NCBI GenBank assembly: GCA_947482345.1
Contig: CANKJN010000002.1
Location: 2,122-66,121 of the forward strand
From: Spartobacteria bacterium
GTDB taxonomy: Bacteria > Verrucomicrobiota > Verrucomicrobiia > Chthoniobacterales > UBA6821
Reading direction: 5' to 3'
DNA: 64,000 nucleotides
The notes under the pieces are model-generated. The model was not told the DNA's origin. It did no database searches and saw nothing but the letters and a program-made list of their open reading frames with translations. A program made the position numbers and the translations under genes. Of the stretch, positions 14,551 to 24,499 are shown piece by piece. Positions within the stretch are counted from its first letter, which is position 1, and every line of letters starts with the position of its first letter.

Positions 14551-16713
14551 TCATCCACCGGTTTCCTTGAGACGCCCTGCATGGAGGGCCATGAGGTGCC
14601 TGAGAGCGGAGTGCTCCTGGCGGGAGAGGGAGGGGTCCTCGCGGAGGATCCGCCCGGCCTCCCCGGAAGCGACCGCGATGAGGTCGGCGTCACGGTAGAG
14701 ATCGGCGATCCTGAGGGGAGGGAGGCCGCTCTGCTCGGTTCCGAGGATGTTGCCCGAGCCGCGCAGGCGCAGGTCCTCCTCGGCGATCACGAAGCCATCA
14801 TTGCTCGCCTCCAGAATCCGCAGGCGTTCCATGGCCTCGGGATTACCGCTTCCCTCGATCAGGACGCAGGTTGAGGTGTGCTCGCCGCGCCCGATGCGGC
14901 CGCGGAGTTGGTGCAGTTGGGCGAGACCGAAGCGTTCGGCGTTCTCCACCAGCAGGAACGTGGCATTGGGGACATCGACGCCGACTTCGATCACGGAGGT
15001 GGTGACAAGGACCTTGGTCCTGCCGGTGCGGAAGGATTCCATGACGGCTTCCTTTTCCCCGGCTCCCATGCGTCCGTGGAGCAGCGAGCAGGGGAATGGG
15101 GCCATTCGTTCCATCCAGGCGTCGATCTCGGCCTCAGCGGCCTTTGCTGCGAATTTTTCCGATTCCTCGATGAGGGGATAGACCACGTAGGCCTGTCGTC
15201 CCTTGGCCAACTCTTCCCTCAGGTAGGCGATGATCTCCGGAAGCTTGGCGATGGTTCTGGCGGCGGTGCGGAGCCGTCCCCTGCCCGGCGGTCGCTCGTC
15301 CAGGATCGAGAGATCGAGATCTCCGTAAATCGTGAGGGCAAGGGTCCTCGGAATCGGTGTCGCCGTCATAACTAGGACATCCGGAGCCGATGCCGAGGAG
15401 GCGAGGCGTGTTCGCTGGAGGACGCCGAACTTATGCTGCTCGTCGATGACGACCAGGCCGGCTTCGGCCATTGCCTCCGCGTCATGGAGAAGGGCGTGGG
15501 TTCCGATGATCGCCGAGGCATTTCCTTTCTCCACAAGGAGCGAGTGCTTTCCCCCCTTTCGGGCTCCCGTCAGAAGATCGACGCTGATCCCAAGGGGAGC
15601 CAGCCAGGCGGAGAAATTCCGGAAATGCTGCTCCGCCAGGATCTGGGTGGGGGCCATCAGGACGGCACGGTGTCCCGACTCGATCGCCAGCAGCATCGCC
15701 GAGGCTGCCACCACGGTTTTACCCGAGCCAACATCACCCTGCAGGAGGCGGTGCATCCGGTGAGGCTTCGCCATGTCGGAGCGGATCCCCTCCACGGACC
15801 GCCGCTGCGCCCCGGTGAGGCGGAAGGGGAGGTTTTTCAGGAAATTCCCGAGGAGGGTTCCCTGCGGGTTTTTCGCTTTGCCCCTCGGTCGGCGCGCCTC
15901 GTTCCGTCGCGCGGTCACCAAGGTCTGCACGCCGAGAAGTTCCCGGAGGGCGAGTTCCCTGCGGGCCGGCTCCAACTCTTCTGGTTCCGACGGAAAATGA
16001 ATGTTCCTGAGAGCCTGCGACCAGTCCGACTGCCTCTGCGGCAGGGGATCTGTCCAGCCTTTCCAGTCAGTCTCGGTAAGCGCCCGGTGGATCACTCCCC
16101 GCATGACCCGGACACTGATTCCTTCGCCGGCGGGATGAACCGGGACGATACGGTCAAGGTGGATGCTCTGCCTGTCCTCCTCTGTGACGAGCTCGAACTC
16201 CGGATGCTCCATCATGAGGCGTTTCCCGCGCAGGCGGACCTTCCCATGGACGATCAGGCGGCTTCCTGAAACGACCGTCTTTTGGACATGGAAGAGATTG
16301 AACCACCGCAGTGTGATTCTCGGGGAAAGCGCGGAACCGGGTGTTTCCTCGATCTCGGCCTCAAAGCTGCGCATTCTTCCGAAACGACGAAAGACCGTCT
16401 TTCCGACCACTCCGCTGAGGCAGAAGGATCGATCGCTTTCCGAGTCCGGAAAATGATCGAAGCGTCTCCGATCCTCGTGCCGCCTGGGGTAATGCTCCAG
16501 CAAACCGCGCAGCGTGGTGATGCCCAAATTACCGAGTGCCGTGAGTTGCGGACGCCTGATCCAGCCTAGTTGCTCAAGTGGGGTGGCCGGATCATGGGGT
16601 GGGTTCGCGGGAGAAATCTTTTTTTGTTTCTTCGCTGTTTTTGAAGAGGGAATCTTCTTTGCTGTGGAACACTCCTGATTTTTTGCGGAATCACCAACCT
16701 GGGAATTATTCAT
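14551..16713 (-). CDS. recG: ATP-dependent DNA helicase RecG
   Basis: Helicase motif I is GDVGSGKTVVA, with DEQHKFG and QLHQLRGRIGRG also present. The wedge-domain region is preceded by a Lys-rich N-terminal extension. Confidence 0.9.
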   Translation of the reverse strand: MNNSQVGDSAKNQECSTAKKIPSSKTAKKQKKISPANPPHDPATPLEQLGWIRRPQLTALGNLGITTLRGLLEHYPRRHEDRRRFDHFPDSESDRSFCLSGVVGKTVFRRFGRMRSFEAEIEETPGSALSPRITLRWFNLFHVQKTVVSGSRLIVHGKVRLRGKRLMMEHPEFELVTEEDRQSIHLDRIVPVHPAGEGISVRVMRGVIHRALTETDWKGWTDPLPQRQSDWSQALRNIHFPSEPEELEPARRELALRELLGVQTLVTARRNEARRPRGKAKNPQGTLLGNFLKNLPFRLTGAQRRSVEGIRSDMAKPHRMHRLLQGDVGSGKTVVAASAMLLAIESGHRAVLMAPTQILAEQHFRNFSAWLAPLGISVDLLTGARKGGKHSLLVEKGNASAIIGTHALLHDAEAMAEAGLVVIDEQHKFGVLQRTRLASSASAPDVLVMTATPIPRTLALTIYGDLDLSILDERPPGRGRLRTAARTIAKLPEIIAYLREELAKGRQAYVVYPLIEESEKFAAKAAEAEIDAWMERMAPFPCSLLHGRMGAGEKEAVMESFRTGRTKVLVTTSVIEVGVDVPNATFLLVENAERFGLAQLHQLRGRIGRGEHTSTCVLIEGSGNPEAMERLRILEASNDGFVIAEEDLRLRGSGNILGTEQSGLPPLRIADLYRDADLIAVASGEAGRILREDPSLSRQEHSALRHLMALHAGRLKETGG

Positions 16714-16718
16714 CAGGA

Positions 16719-16795
16719 AATCAGGAAGTCAGGAAAGGAACTGGGTATAAGATTGGTAATTTCCGCTCTATTCTTGATTTCCTGAGTTCCTGATT
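16719..16795. repeat. Inverted repeat AATCAGGAAGTCAGGAAA / TTTCCTGAGTTCCTGATT between recJ and recG
   Basis: The arms are 18 nt with one mismatch and about 41 nt apart, followed by a T7 run on the + strand. It shares the word GGAAATCAGGAA with 32583..32632. Confidence 0.8.
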
Positions 16796-16827
16796 TTTTT
16801 CGGCTTCACGAATTCGCAAGCTGTTCC

Positions 16828-18534
16828 TCATGCCGCATCCGCAACGGAACTTCGCACTGCAATGATCTGGATCTGTGCCTCGTCGCGACCCTGCCAGGTG
16901 TTGCGGTTCACGGTGTAGGCGACATCCCATGGGGGGCGCGGAAGGGAGTCGAGGGAGGCATTGAACCAGATCGCCTGGGCCCGGCGGCCCGCACTGCGGA
17001 GTTCCAGTCTCAGGTGCTTCTCCTTGAGCACCTTCGGAGGCGCGGATGGGGAGACACCGCGTGAAAAGAGGAGCGGTTGGGCATTGGAGGTGCCGAATGG
17101 TGCGAGGCGTTCCTGCGTGCCGAGCCACTCTTCATCGGCAAGGCCGAGGTCGAGTTCCGCATCGAGGTGAAGCCGCGGCACCAGATCCTCTTCGCTGATG
17201 AGTTCCCGGGTGGCCGCCTCGAAGCGTTCCCGTAGCTCTTCGAGACGCGATTCCTGAAGACTGAGGCCCGCAGCCATATCGTGGCCGCCGAAGGCATCCA
17301 GCAGTCCCGAGCATCGCCCGAGCGCCTCGACGAGAGGGAGTCCCTCGATGCTGCGGCCGCTTCCCTTGCCTGCTCCATTCCCGTCAAAGCCGATGATCAG
17401 GGTCGGCCGGTGCCAGCGCCTCGAGACACGCGAGGCGACGATGCCGACCACCCCCTGATGCCAGTCGCGCATTCCCGCCACGATCGAGGCATGGCGTTCG
17501 GGGTCGAAGTGCGCTCCGACCCACTCCTCGGCCTGGTGCGTGACATCACGCTCGACGGCCTGACGTTCACGGTTCTGGTTGTCCAGATGCGCGGCGATCC
17601 GACCGGCCTCCTCCGGGCGATCCGTCAGCAGGAGGGAGAGGGCCTCGGTGGCGCTTCCGAGGCGGCCCGCCGCATTGATCCGGGGACCGATCTTGAAGCC
17701 GATATCCGAGGGATCGTAGGGGGAGGTGGCACCGGAGACATGCAGCAGTGCATGAAGTCCGGGCCAGCGGGAGCGCTCCAGTTGGCGGAGTCCGGCTCGG
17801 ACCAAGATGCGGTTCTCCCCGAGCAATGGGACGATATCGGCAACGGTTCCGACCGCCACGAGATCGAGATATTCCCTCAGATCCAGCCCCTCAACGGGGT
17901 GGGCTTTCTGCATGGCATGGCAGAGCTTGAAGACGATTCCGGCACTGCAGAGATAGTGGAAGTCGGCCCCCAGCTTGGGGTTCACAAGGGCGTCGCACAC
18001 TCCCGAGGCGTTTTCCGCATCGGGTTCATGATGATCGAGGATGACCAGATCGCATCCGGCCTTCCGGAGATGCATCGCTTCGGCGCGCGAGTTGGTTCCG
18101 CAATCCACGGCGACCACGAGGGAAGGGGATGTCTCCTTGAGGCACCGCGTCACGCCGGCGGCGCTCAGTCCGTATCCCTCGGCGGCCCGGTCGGGAATGA
18201 AGCACTCCACGATGCCTCCGGCGGCACGCAGGTAGCGGCAGAGGATCGTGAGGGAGGAGACACCGTCGACATCGTAGTCGCCGTAGAGGGTGATCCTCTC
18301 TCCGGAAGCCACGGCATTGATCAAACGCTCGGCGGCTGGGCGGATGCCGGGGATTTCCTCGGGAGGCCTCAGCGTGGCGAGACGCGGGTCGAGGAAGAGG
18401 GTCGCCTCTTCGGAGGTCGAAAATCCCCGGGCCGCAAGCAGGGTGGCCACCACTGCCGGGATCCCGAGTTCGGAGGACAGAAGCCTAATGCCCGCCTCAT
18501 CCGGGGAGGAGGGGAGGATCCAGCGGCGTTGCAT
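16828..18534 (-). CDS. recJ: Single-stranded-DNA-specific exonuclease RecJ
   Basis: DHH family motifs are present (LYGDYDVDGVSS, DCGT, ILDHHEP, GGHDMAAG). The length is 568 aa. Confidence 0.9.
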   Translation of the reverse strand: MQRRWILPSSPDEAGIRLLSSELGIPAVVATLLAARGFSTSEEATLFLDPRLATLRPPEEIPGIRPAAERLINAVASGERITLYGDYDVDGVSSLTILCRYLRAAGGIVECFIPDRAAEGYGLSAAGVTRCLKETSPSLVVAVDCGTNSRAEAMHLRKAGCDLVILDHHEPDAENASGVCDALVNPKLGADFHYLCSAGIVFKLCHAMQKAHPVEGLDLREYLDLVAVGTVADIVPLLGENRILVRAGLRQLERSRWPGLHALLHVSGATSPYDPSDIGFKIGPRINAAGRLGSATEALSLLLTDRPEEAGRIAAHLDNQNRERQAVERDVTHQAEEWVGAHFDPERHASIVAGMRDWHQGVVGIVASRVSRRWHRPTLIIGFDGNGAGKGSGRSIEGLPLVEALGRCSGLLDAFGGHDMAAGLSLQESRLEELRERFEAATRELISEEDLVPRLHLDAELDLGLADEEWLGTQERLAPFGTSNAQPLLFSRGVSPSAPPKVLKEKHLRLELRSAGRRAQAIWFNASLDSLPRPPWDVAYTVNRNTWQGRDEAQIQIIAVRSSVADAA

Positions 18535-18642
18535 CCGCAGACCCTAGTCAGGAATAACCTCCGTGGCAATTTCCACGGGGGATTTCATCAGCGGTTCCCC
18601 AACAGACCGCCCGTCACACCGTCCCTCTGGCAATTTACGGGA

Positions 18643-19419
18643 TCACTGTTTGCCCATCTCATCCAGGGCGATGTGAACCGGGCGGCTCGAGACCTTGAGC
18701 GTTCCCTTAAGCGGCGAGGAGAGCTCGCTGATCAGGAAAACGGCGATGGCGATGCAGGCGGCGTAGCAGAAGAGCACGAAGGTGACGGTGGTATTCCTCG
18801 GCGCGTACACCGCGTAGGTTAGCATGATGAAAGCGATGAAGAGAACAGGGATCACCAGGAGGACGAATGAGATTCCGCCCCCGAGCACCACTTCCTCGAG
18901 CATCCAGCGTTTTTGGATGATGTCGTCCATCAGGCGAATGGCATCGTTCTGAAGATGCGCTTGGTTCGCATTGCCCGGCTTGAGGAGGGAGGTCCGGTTG
19001 TAAACGCCCTCAAGGTCCATCTTGGTGGCGACCCTATCGGGAAGCCCGGCTACCTCGCCCTGCACTGTCTCTTCGGGCCAGATGATCCAGATCATTTTTT
19101 CAGCCGAGTGCCGCAGCTGCTCCCTGATCGGCGCGGCCTCCACCCCGTAGTTGGCCAGCAAGCGATCCGCGTGCTCGTAAGTCGCGCACATTTGTTTGAG
19201 GAGGCCCCCTGCCTGGTCATAGGTTCCCTTGCTGGAGGAGACCAGGAGGCCCAGGATGAGCGCCGCGAGGGTGCCTATGAGAGCGGCACCCAGATGGACG
19301 GCCCCCTTGGATTGATCGGAGAGATGTTGCGGGGGGAGAAGTCTTTGGATCACAAACCCGGTCAATGCAGCCCCGAAGATCAGGGCGAAGGTGAGCAGCG
19401 CGATTTGCTGGGAGTTCAT
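18643..19419 (-). CDS. Membrane protein, DUF4239-like
   Basis: Two N-terminal and two C-terminal TM helices flank a helical soluble region. It lies downstream of and co-directional with the TolC-like gene. Confidence 0.5.
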   Translation of the reverse strand: MNSQQIALLTFALIFGAALTGFVIQRLLPPQHLSDQSKGAVHLGAALIGTLAALILGLLVSSSKGTYDQAGGLLKQMCATYEHADRLLANYGVEAAPIREQLRHSAEKMIWIIWPEETVQGEVAGLPDRVATKMDLEGVYNRTSLLKPGNANQAHLQNDAIRLMDDIIQKRWMLEEVVLGGGISFVLLVIPVLFIAFIMLTYAVYAPRNTTVTFVLFCYAACIAIAVFLISELSSPLKGTLKVSSRPVHIALDEMGKQ

Positions 19420-19453
19420 CTTGTGGGCAGGTTTCCGGGTTTTAAATGCTCGG

Positions 19454-20947
19454 TCAGAGTTGACCGCTCGAGTAGGTGAGGGTCGCCAGGCTTGCCGCGA
19501 TCGCCTCGTCGGACTTGGCGTGGAGCGCCATCGCCTGCGCCAGCGAGCTGCGGGCTGTCAGGACGTCCTGGATCGAGGTACGCCCGAGGTTGAAGCTCTC
19601 GAAGAGCGCATCGTAAGAGGCCTTGCTGGCCGCCACCAACTGCTCGGCCGATTCCCTGCGGTCGATCGCCGTCTTGGCGTTGGTGTAGGAGCGCCACACC
19701 TCGGCGATCGCGTGATCGCGGGCCTGGATGATCGCGTCGTTGGCGGCGCGCCAGGAGGATTCGGCCTGTTTGATCTTGTTCCTGTCGATGCCGCCGTCGA
19801 AGGCCGGCCATTCCACGTTCACGGAGCCGCCGTAGTTCTGGAACTGGAGGCCGACATCCCGGATCTCGGCACCGGTGAGGGTTGTGTTGAATTGCTGGAA
19901 GCTCTGGGTGCCCTTGAGTGAAAACTTGGGAAGGGGATTGGCCTTGGCGGAGCGGAGGTTCTGTTCCGCCGCCTGGGCCTGGGCAACCTTGGCCAACAGG
20001 TCCGGTTTTTTGGCAAGCGCCGACTGCACGAAGTGATCGAGGGGTTCCTGAAGGCGTCTCCCCATTTTGGAGAAATCATAGGGTGCCACCCTGAGGCCGC
20101 ATTCGGGCCGGGCCCCGATCACCTCGATGAGATTGAGGCGGTCCACCTCCCAGTTGGAGCGGGCGTTGATCAGGTCGAAATCGGACTGGGCCTTGGACTG
20201 TTTTGCCTGGAGGAGAACTGGCTCGGTAATCAATCCCTGGTCGTATTTGCCCTGAATCGCCTCCAGCACCTGATCGGCCGATTTCGCGGAGATCTCGGCC
20301 GATTCGATGAGCCTCCGGTCGGTCTCCAGGCTGTAGTAGGCCTTGGTCACCTGGAAGGTGACCTGCTGGTGGGTGGTGTTGAAGGAGAGGTTGGAGGCTG
20401 TCTGGGTGCGCTTGGCCGCCTTCGTGTTGGCGATGCGCTGGCCGAAGTCAAAAAGGGTGTAGCGCAGGTTGACCCCCGCGCTCAGGTTGCTGTAGTTACC
20501 ACTGGCTTGGTCATTGAAATTGACCGGAACGGCGATGCCGGACTGGCTTCTGGCGCCGGTGAGATCCTGGGTCCAGAAGCCTCCGCCGTAGCTGCTCTGC
20601 ACGGTCAGCATCGGATAGAACTGGGCCTCGGTCATTCCGGTCGAGGCGGCGGCCTGGACGGCGTTCTCCCATGAAATCCGGGTGGAGGGATTGTGTCGCT
20701 GGGCGAGATCGACGAGCTCGGGAAGAGTGTAGGCTTTGTTGGGATCGACGAAGTTCCTGTCATGGAGTTTCGCAAACTGCTCCATCTGGCTGCTCATCTC
20801 CGCGGAGGAGGGAATCTTTGTCTGGGTGTCCTTGGAGGCCGGAACCGAAACGGAATTCGCCGGATCCTTGGCGCGGGCTTCCGATGCCGCAAGGACGGGG
20901 AGGCAGACCATGCATGCAGTCAGGAAGAGCCGCGTGTTTTTCATCAA
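19454..20947 (-). CDS. TolC-family outer-membrane efflux protein
   Basis: Signal peptide, two repeated coiled-coil/beta halves and a length of 497 aa. It lies divergent from an MFP/FUSC efflux operon. Confidence 0.8.
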   Translation of the reverse strand: MMKNTRLFLTACMVCLPVLAASEARAKDPANSVSVPASKDTQTKIPSSAEMSSQMEQFAKLHDRNFVDPNKAYTLPELVDLAQRHNPSTRISWENAVQAAASTGMTEAQFYPMLTVQSSYGGGFWTQDLTGARSQSGIAVPVNFNDQASGNYSNLSAGVNLRYTLFDFGQRIANTKAAKRTQTASNLSFNTTHQQVTFQVTKAYYSLETDRRLIESAEISAKSADQVLEAIQGKYDQGLITEPVLLQAKQSKAQSDFDLINARSNWEVDRLNLIEVIGARPECGLRVAPYDFSKMGRRLQEPLDHFVQSALAKKPDLLAKVAQAQAAEQNLRSAKANPLPKFSLKGTQSFQQFNTTLTGAEIRDVGLQFQNYGGSVNVEWPAFDGGIDRNKIKQAESSWRAANDAIIQARDHAIAEVWRSYTNAKTAIDRRESAEQLVAASKASYDALFESFNLGRTSIQDVLTARSSLAQAMALHAKSDEAIAASLATLTYSSGQL

Positions 20948-21033
20948 AAAATGAGCTAAATAAGATCCGTTTGTGCTGTCGAGATCCGATTACCCTTGCT
21001 GGTCATTCCTTTATCTCCTTACGTTTTGGCTCC

Positions 21034-21294
21034 ATGAAAAGGAGCCCTCATCTTTTGCTGCCCGTGGGATCTCTCTTTGCGTTGCCGGGCTGCTCCTGTA
21101 TCCAGGAAATCGGGGGGGCTTATTTCCCCGCGTGGTTGCTCGCCATTCTGATCGGATGGTTTCTCGCCGCGATCGTTCGCCTCATCCTCATCAGGGTCGG
21201 CATTGACGGATGGATCCGTCCCCGCTCGATCGGTTATCCCGCGCTGTTGGTCTTCTTCACCCTTCTGATCTACCTGATCTTTTTCACCCATTGA
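21034..21294 (+). CDS. YtcA-family small lipoprotein (86 aa)
   Basis: Lipobox LFALPGCS and GAYFPAWLLAILIGWFLAAIVRLILIRVGI, which resembles E. coli YtcA (GAYYPSWFFCAIASL...). It precedes MdtN/MdtO-like genes as in ytcA-mdtNOP. Internal ATG 21034 of track ORF 20671..21294. Confidence 0.6.
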   Translation: MKRSPHLLLPVGSLFALPGCSCIQEIGGAYFPAWLLAILIGWFLAAIVRLILIRVGIDGWIRPRSIGYPALLVFFTLLIYLIFFTH

Positions 21295-21299
21295 ACGCC

Positions 21300-22379
21300 A
21301 TGACCACCCAAGAACAATCCAACCCCACCGGACTGGCCGAGGATCCCGCGGCGCAGCATCCCCGGAAGGCGCTGCTGGGTGCCGTGATCGGGTGGGGATT
21401 CGTGATCCTGGCGATCGTCGCCTCGGTCATCACCTCCGCATGGAACTCCCGCAATCCCCGCTGCAACAACGGCGTGCTCGTGGCCGACATGATCGGGATC
21501 GCCCCGCGTGTCTCCGGTCCCATCAAGACTCTGCCGATCAAGGATAACCAACTCGTCCACAGGGGGGACCTTCTTTTCGAGATTGATCCGGCTCCCTACG
21601 AGATCTCCGTGCAGTCGGCAAAAGCCAACCTGGCCATGGCCGAGGGCGCCCTCAAGAACGCCGGATTGCAGATCGCCGCGCAGGAGGATCAGGCGAAGGC
21701 GGCGCAGGCCTCGCTCGATCAGGCGCAGGCCAAGCTGGCCACGGCCAAGGACAATTACGACCGCATCGCCCCGCTGCTGGCGAAGCACTATGCCAGTGCC
21801 CAGGACGTGAGCGATGCCAAGAACACGATGCAGTCCGCCCAAGCGGGGGTCGCCGCCGCGCAGGCGCAGTTGCTCTCGGCCCAATCCTCCGTGCTCAGCA
21901 TCGCCGAGGCGCAGGCCAAGCGTGACGCCGCCGCCGCGAATCTCGCCCAGGCGGAGCTGAACCTGAAGTACTGCACCGTGAAGGCCCCCTTCGATGCCCT
22001 GATCTCGCAGATGTCGATTTCCCGGGGAGCGTTTGCCTCCGAAGGGCAGCAGGTCTTCACCCTGATCGACATCCATTCCTGGTGGGTCTGCGAGCCGTAC
22101 CGGGAGGGCCAGATCCAGAAGATGAAGGCGGGCGATCCCGCGACCGTAGAGTTAAAAACCGCCGCGGGAAAATTCTTCAAGGGAACGGTGGAGAGCATCG
22201 GATGGGGAGCCACCCCCCAGGCCCTGCAGAAGAGCATTCTTCCGGTCATCCCCCAGGCGCTGGATTGGGTGCAACTGGAACAGCGCTTCCCGGTCAGGAT
22301 CAAACTTGCCGATGACGTCCCGCCGGAAATCCTTCGCGTCGGAACCACGGCCGCCGCGACTGTCCACACGGGTCGTTGA
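21300..22379 (+). CDS. HlyD-family membrane fusion protein (MdtN/AaeA-like)
   Basis: N-terminal TM helix, a lipoyl-like segment (GDLLFEIDPAPYE), a long alpha-hairpin with Q/A repeats, and a beta-barrel C-terminus. ATG 21300 within track ORF 21210..22379. Confidence 0.8.
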   Translation: MTTQEQSNPTGLAEDPAAQHPRKALLGAVIGWGFVILAIVASVITSAWNSRNPRCNNGVLVADMIGIAPRVSGPIKTLPIKDNQLVHRGDLLFEIDPAPYEISVQSAKANLAMAEGALKNAGLQIAAQEDQAKAAQASLDQAQAKLATAKDNYDRIAPLLAKHYASAQDVSDAKNTMQSAQAGVAAAQAQLLSAQSSVLSIAEAQAKRDAAAANLAQAELNLKYCTVKAPFDALISQMSISRGAFASEGQQVFTLIDIHSWWVCEPYREGQIQKMKAGDPATVELKTAAGKFFKGTVESIGWGATPQALQKSILPVIPQALDWVQLEQRFPVRIKLADDVPPEILRVGTTAAATVHTGR

Positions 22380-23995
22380 GTCCCATGGGATCATCCTCCG
22401 GAAGTGTGCCCCTCAAGAGTGTGGGGGGCATGGTGGGAATAGGGGGCGTGGATGTCTTGAAATTCCTCCGCCAGCTCCTGGAGGAGCTGAGGCCGATGCC
22501 TGATCGGTTAGGCGGGACGATGAGAATGGTCAGCGCCTGTCTTCTCATTTGGATCGTTGTCCTGACATTCCGGAATCCCATGGCGGATCTGGGCGTCCTC
22601 ATGGTCTTCGTCTTTCTCCAGAGGAACAAAATGATGACCCGTTATGTTGCCGTCCTTGCGATTGTTTCCCTGATCTTTTCGTCCCTCTGGATTTTCGGGA
22701 TCGCCTACCTCTCGTGGAATATCAACTGGCTCAGGGTTCTCCTCTGGGGGGGCATGTTCTGGATCAACTTTTATTTCATGAGCAGGCTCCCGAAGGTGAA
22801 CCTCATCTTCATGCTACCGATCATCTTCGCGGCGGTCTTCTGTTTCAGCTTCGATCAGGATCCCAATCCCAATTATCTCATCAGTCAACTGGGATGGCTC
22901 TGGTGTGCCATAGGACTAGCCATCATGGGATCGTTCCTGGTTGAGTATTTTTTCGGCGCACCCAGCGCTCTGGATCTGCTCAGGTCACAAGTACGGAGGG
23001 GCCTCGACCGCATCGAGATCCATTGCCTGAAAAGAGCCGTGGGACAACTCTCCCCGCTCGAGCTCGGGGTAAACACGGGTGTTGCTTTGGATCAGGCCAA
23101 AATGATCCAGAAGTTCGGAGGCCTGACCCCTCTACAGAGGGAAAATTGCACCCGGATCGTCTCGGCACTCGGTGAGATCGACAGGGTTGCCTTCGAGGGG
23201 GATCTCTCCATTCCACCCAGTGCCTCCGACCGGGCTGATTGGCATCACGTTTCAAGGCACCTGGATCGGCTCAGGAAGCGTCTATTGCAAGGGGAGGAGT
23301 GGCATCGCGCGCAAAATGAGGATGGCGAAATTCCCAACGCCCATTCCTTCGGCAATGCACGACTGGCCGAAGCCATGAAGGAGTTGATGGATGCCGAGGC
23401 CTGCCTCGATTCCAAGGGGGAGGGGCGCGGAGTTCCGTCAAAAAAAATGCCCGAGGCGCCCGCCCCGGCTGAAAGGAAAGATTTCACCGACGCGGAATTC
23501 GCCACCAGGGCGACTATTGCGACCATGGCCTGCTACATGTTTGCCAGCATGACCGACTGGAGCGGCATCCATACCTGCATGATCACCTGCGCCGTCTCAG
23601 CCATGAACAATGTCGATTCGCAGGTCTTCAAGCAGCGGCTTCGCATCATCGGCGCCTCGATCGGAGGGCTGATGGGATTCCTTGCCATATTCCTGATCCC
23701 CCACATGGACAATCTCATGGGAGTCCTGCTCATCATGGCTCTCGGAACCGGGATCAGCGCCTGGGTCTGCATGGGGCGGGTGAAATATTCCTACATCGGC
23801 GTGCAGATGGGTGTTGCCGTGGTGATGCTCATCGCCCAGGACCCGCATGCCACCACCGAGTTTACCGTGATCCGGGATCGTCTTGTCGGGATCCTGGTGG
23901 GCCTTTTTGCCATGCGCTACGCCTTCATCTGGTGGACGCCCAAATACATCCGGGGAATCGAGCGTGCCTCCGCTCCGCGCCTCAGTCCGATCTGA
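22376..23995 (+). CDS. FUSC-family (MdtO/AaeB-like) inner-membrane efflux protein
   Basis: Two hydrophobic multi-TM blocks are separated by a cytoplasmic helical domain. The gene is coupled to the MFP gene. Confidence 0.7.
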   Translation: MSPMGSSSGSVPLKSVGGMVGIGGVDVLKFLRQLLEELRPMPDRLGGTMRMVSACLLIWIVVLTFRNPMADLGVLMVFVFLQRNKMMTRYVAVLAIVSLIFSSLWIFGIAYLSWNINWLRVLLWGGMFWINFYFMSRLPKVNLIFMLPIIFAAVFCFSFDQDPNPNYLISQLGWLWCAIGLAIMGSFLVEYFFGAPSALDLLRSQVRRGLDRIEIHCLKRAVGQLSPLELGVNTGVALDQAKMIQKFGGLTPLQRENCTRIVSALGEIDRVAFEGDLSIPPSASDRADWHHVSRHLDRLRKRLLQGEEWHRAQNEDGEIPNAHSFGNARLAEAMKELMDAEACLDSKGEGRGVPSKKMPEAPAPAERKDFTDAEFATRATIATMACYMFASMTDWSGIHTCMITCAVSAMNNVDSQVFKQRLRIIGASIGGLMGFLAIFLIPHMDNLMGVLLIMALGTGISAWVCMGRVKYSYIGVQMGVAVVMLIAQDPHATTEFTVIRDRLVGILVGLFAMRYAFIWWTPKYIRGIERASAPRLSPI

Positions 23996-24046
23996 GTGCA
24001 ACGCTTCCCCCTTGTCTTGGGGCGCGGGAAAACTAGAGTTTATCCC

Positions 24047-24499
24047 ATGCGCGTAGGACTTGCGACTGATCACGGCGGTTTTGAACTCAAGGAAGAGCTT
24101 GTTGCCCAACTCAAGGCGGCTGGCCACGAGGTCGTCGACTTCGGCGCACACAGCCTGACCCCTGACGACGATTATCCCGATTACGTCACTCCGCTTGCCA
24201 AGGCTGTTGTTGCAGGTGACGTGGAGCGCGGCATTGCCATCTGCGGCAGCGGGGTGGGGGCCTCGGTCTGCGCGAACAAGACCGAGGGTGTGAGGGCCTG
24301 CCTGATCCATGATCATTTTTCAGCCAAGCAGGGAGTGGAGGACGATCACATGAACATCCTATGCATGGGCGGTCGCACCGTCGGGGCCTGCGTCGCTTGG
24401 GATCTGGTGGAGACCTTTCTCAATTCCCGATACAGCCAGGAGCCTCGCCATCTCAGGAGACTTGGTAAGGTCGCCCTGCTTGACGCCCGGACTTCTTGA
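24047..24499 (+). CDS. rpiB: Ribose-5-phosphate isomerase B
   Basis: MRVGLATDHGGFELKE...GIAICGSGVGASVCANK...DDHMNILCMGGR is the RpiB/LacAB signature. ATG 24047 within track ORF 23996..24499. Confidence 0.85.
   Translation: MRVGLATDHGGFELKEELVAQLKAAGHEVVDFGAHSLTPDDDYPDYVTPLAKAVVAGDVERGIAICGSGVGASVCANKTEGVRACLIHDHFSAKQGVEDDHMNILCMGGRTVGACVAWDLVETFLNSRYSQEPRHLRRLGKVALLDARTS

Noticed and set aside
14318-14698. 126-aa ORF spanning the tandem repeats and tRNA-Cys
   Set aside because: It overlaps a clear tRNA gene and the recG 3' end, and its repetitive VLVS peptide simply reflects the 12-nt DNA repeat.
18560-18640. TGGCAATTT repeated twice (a sigma-54-like TGGCA word) between recJ and the DUF4239-like gene
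   Set aside because: It lacks the TTGC element at the correct -12 spacing, lies downstream of a gene end rather than upstream of a start, and a 9-10 nt repeat is within chance expectation.
17281-18822. 513-aa + strand ORF
   Set aside because: It is a shadow ORF opposite recJ (DHH motifs on the minus strand) and extends into the DUF4239-like gene. It has no recognisable domains.
20671-21033. N-terminal 121 codons of track ORF 20671..21294, with similar upstream extensions at 21210..21299, 23996..24046, 25029..25148, 25298..25642, 31393..31845, 37391..37483, 42027..42065, 43390..43434 and 45744..45971
   Set aside because: These extensions overlap the preceding genes or read Arg/Pro/Gly-rich junk. 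In each case homology-like sequence starts at an internal ATG just after the upstream stop.
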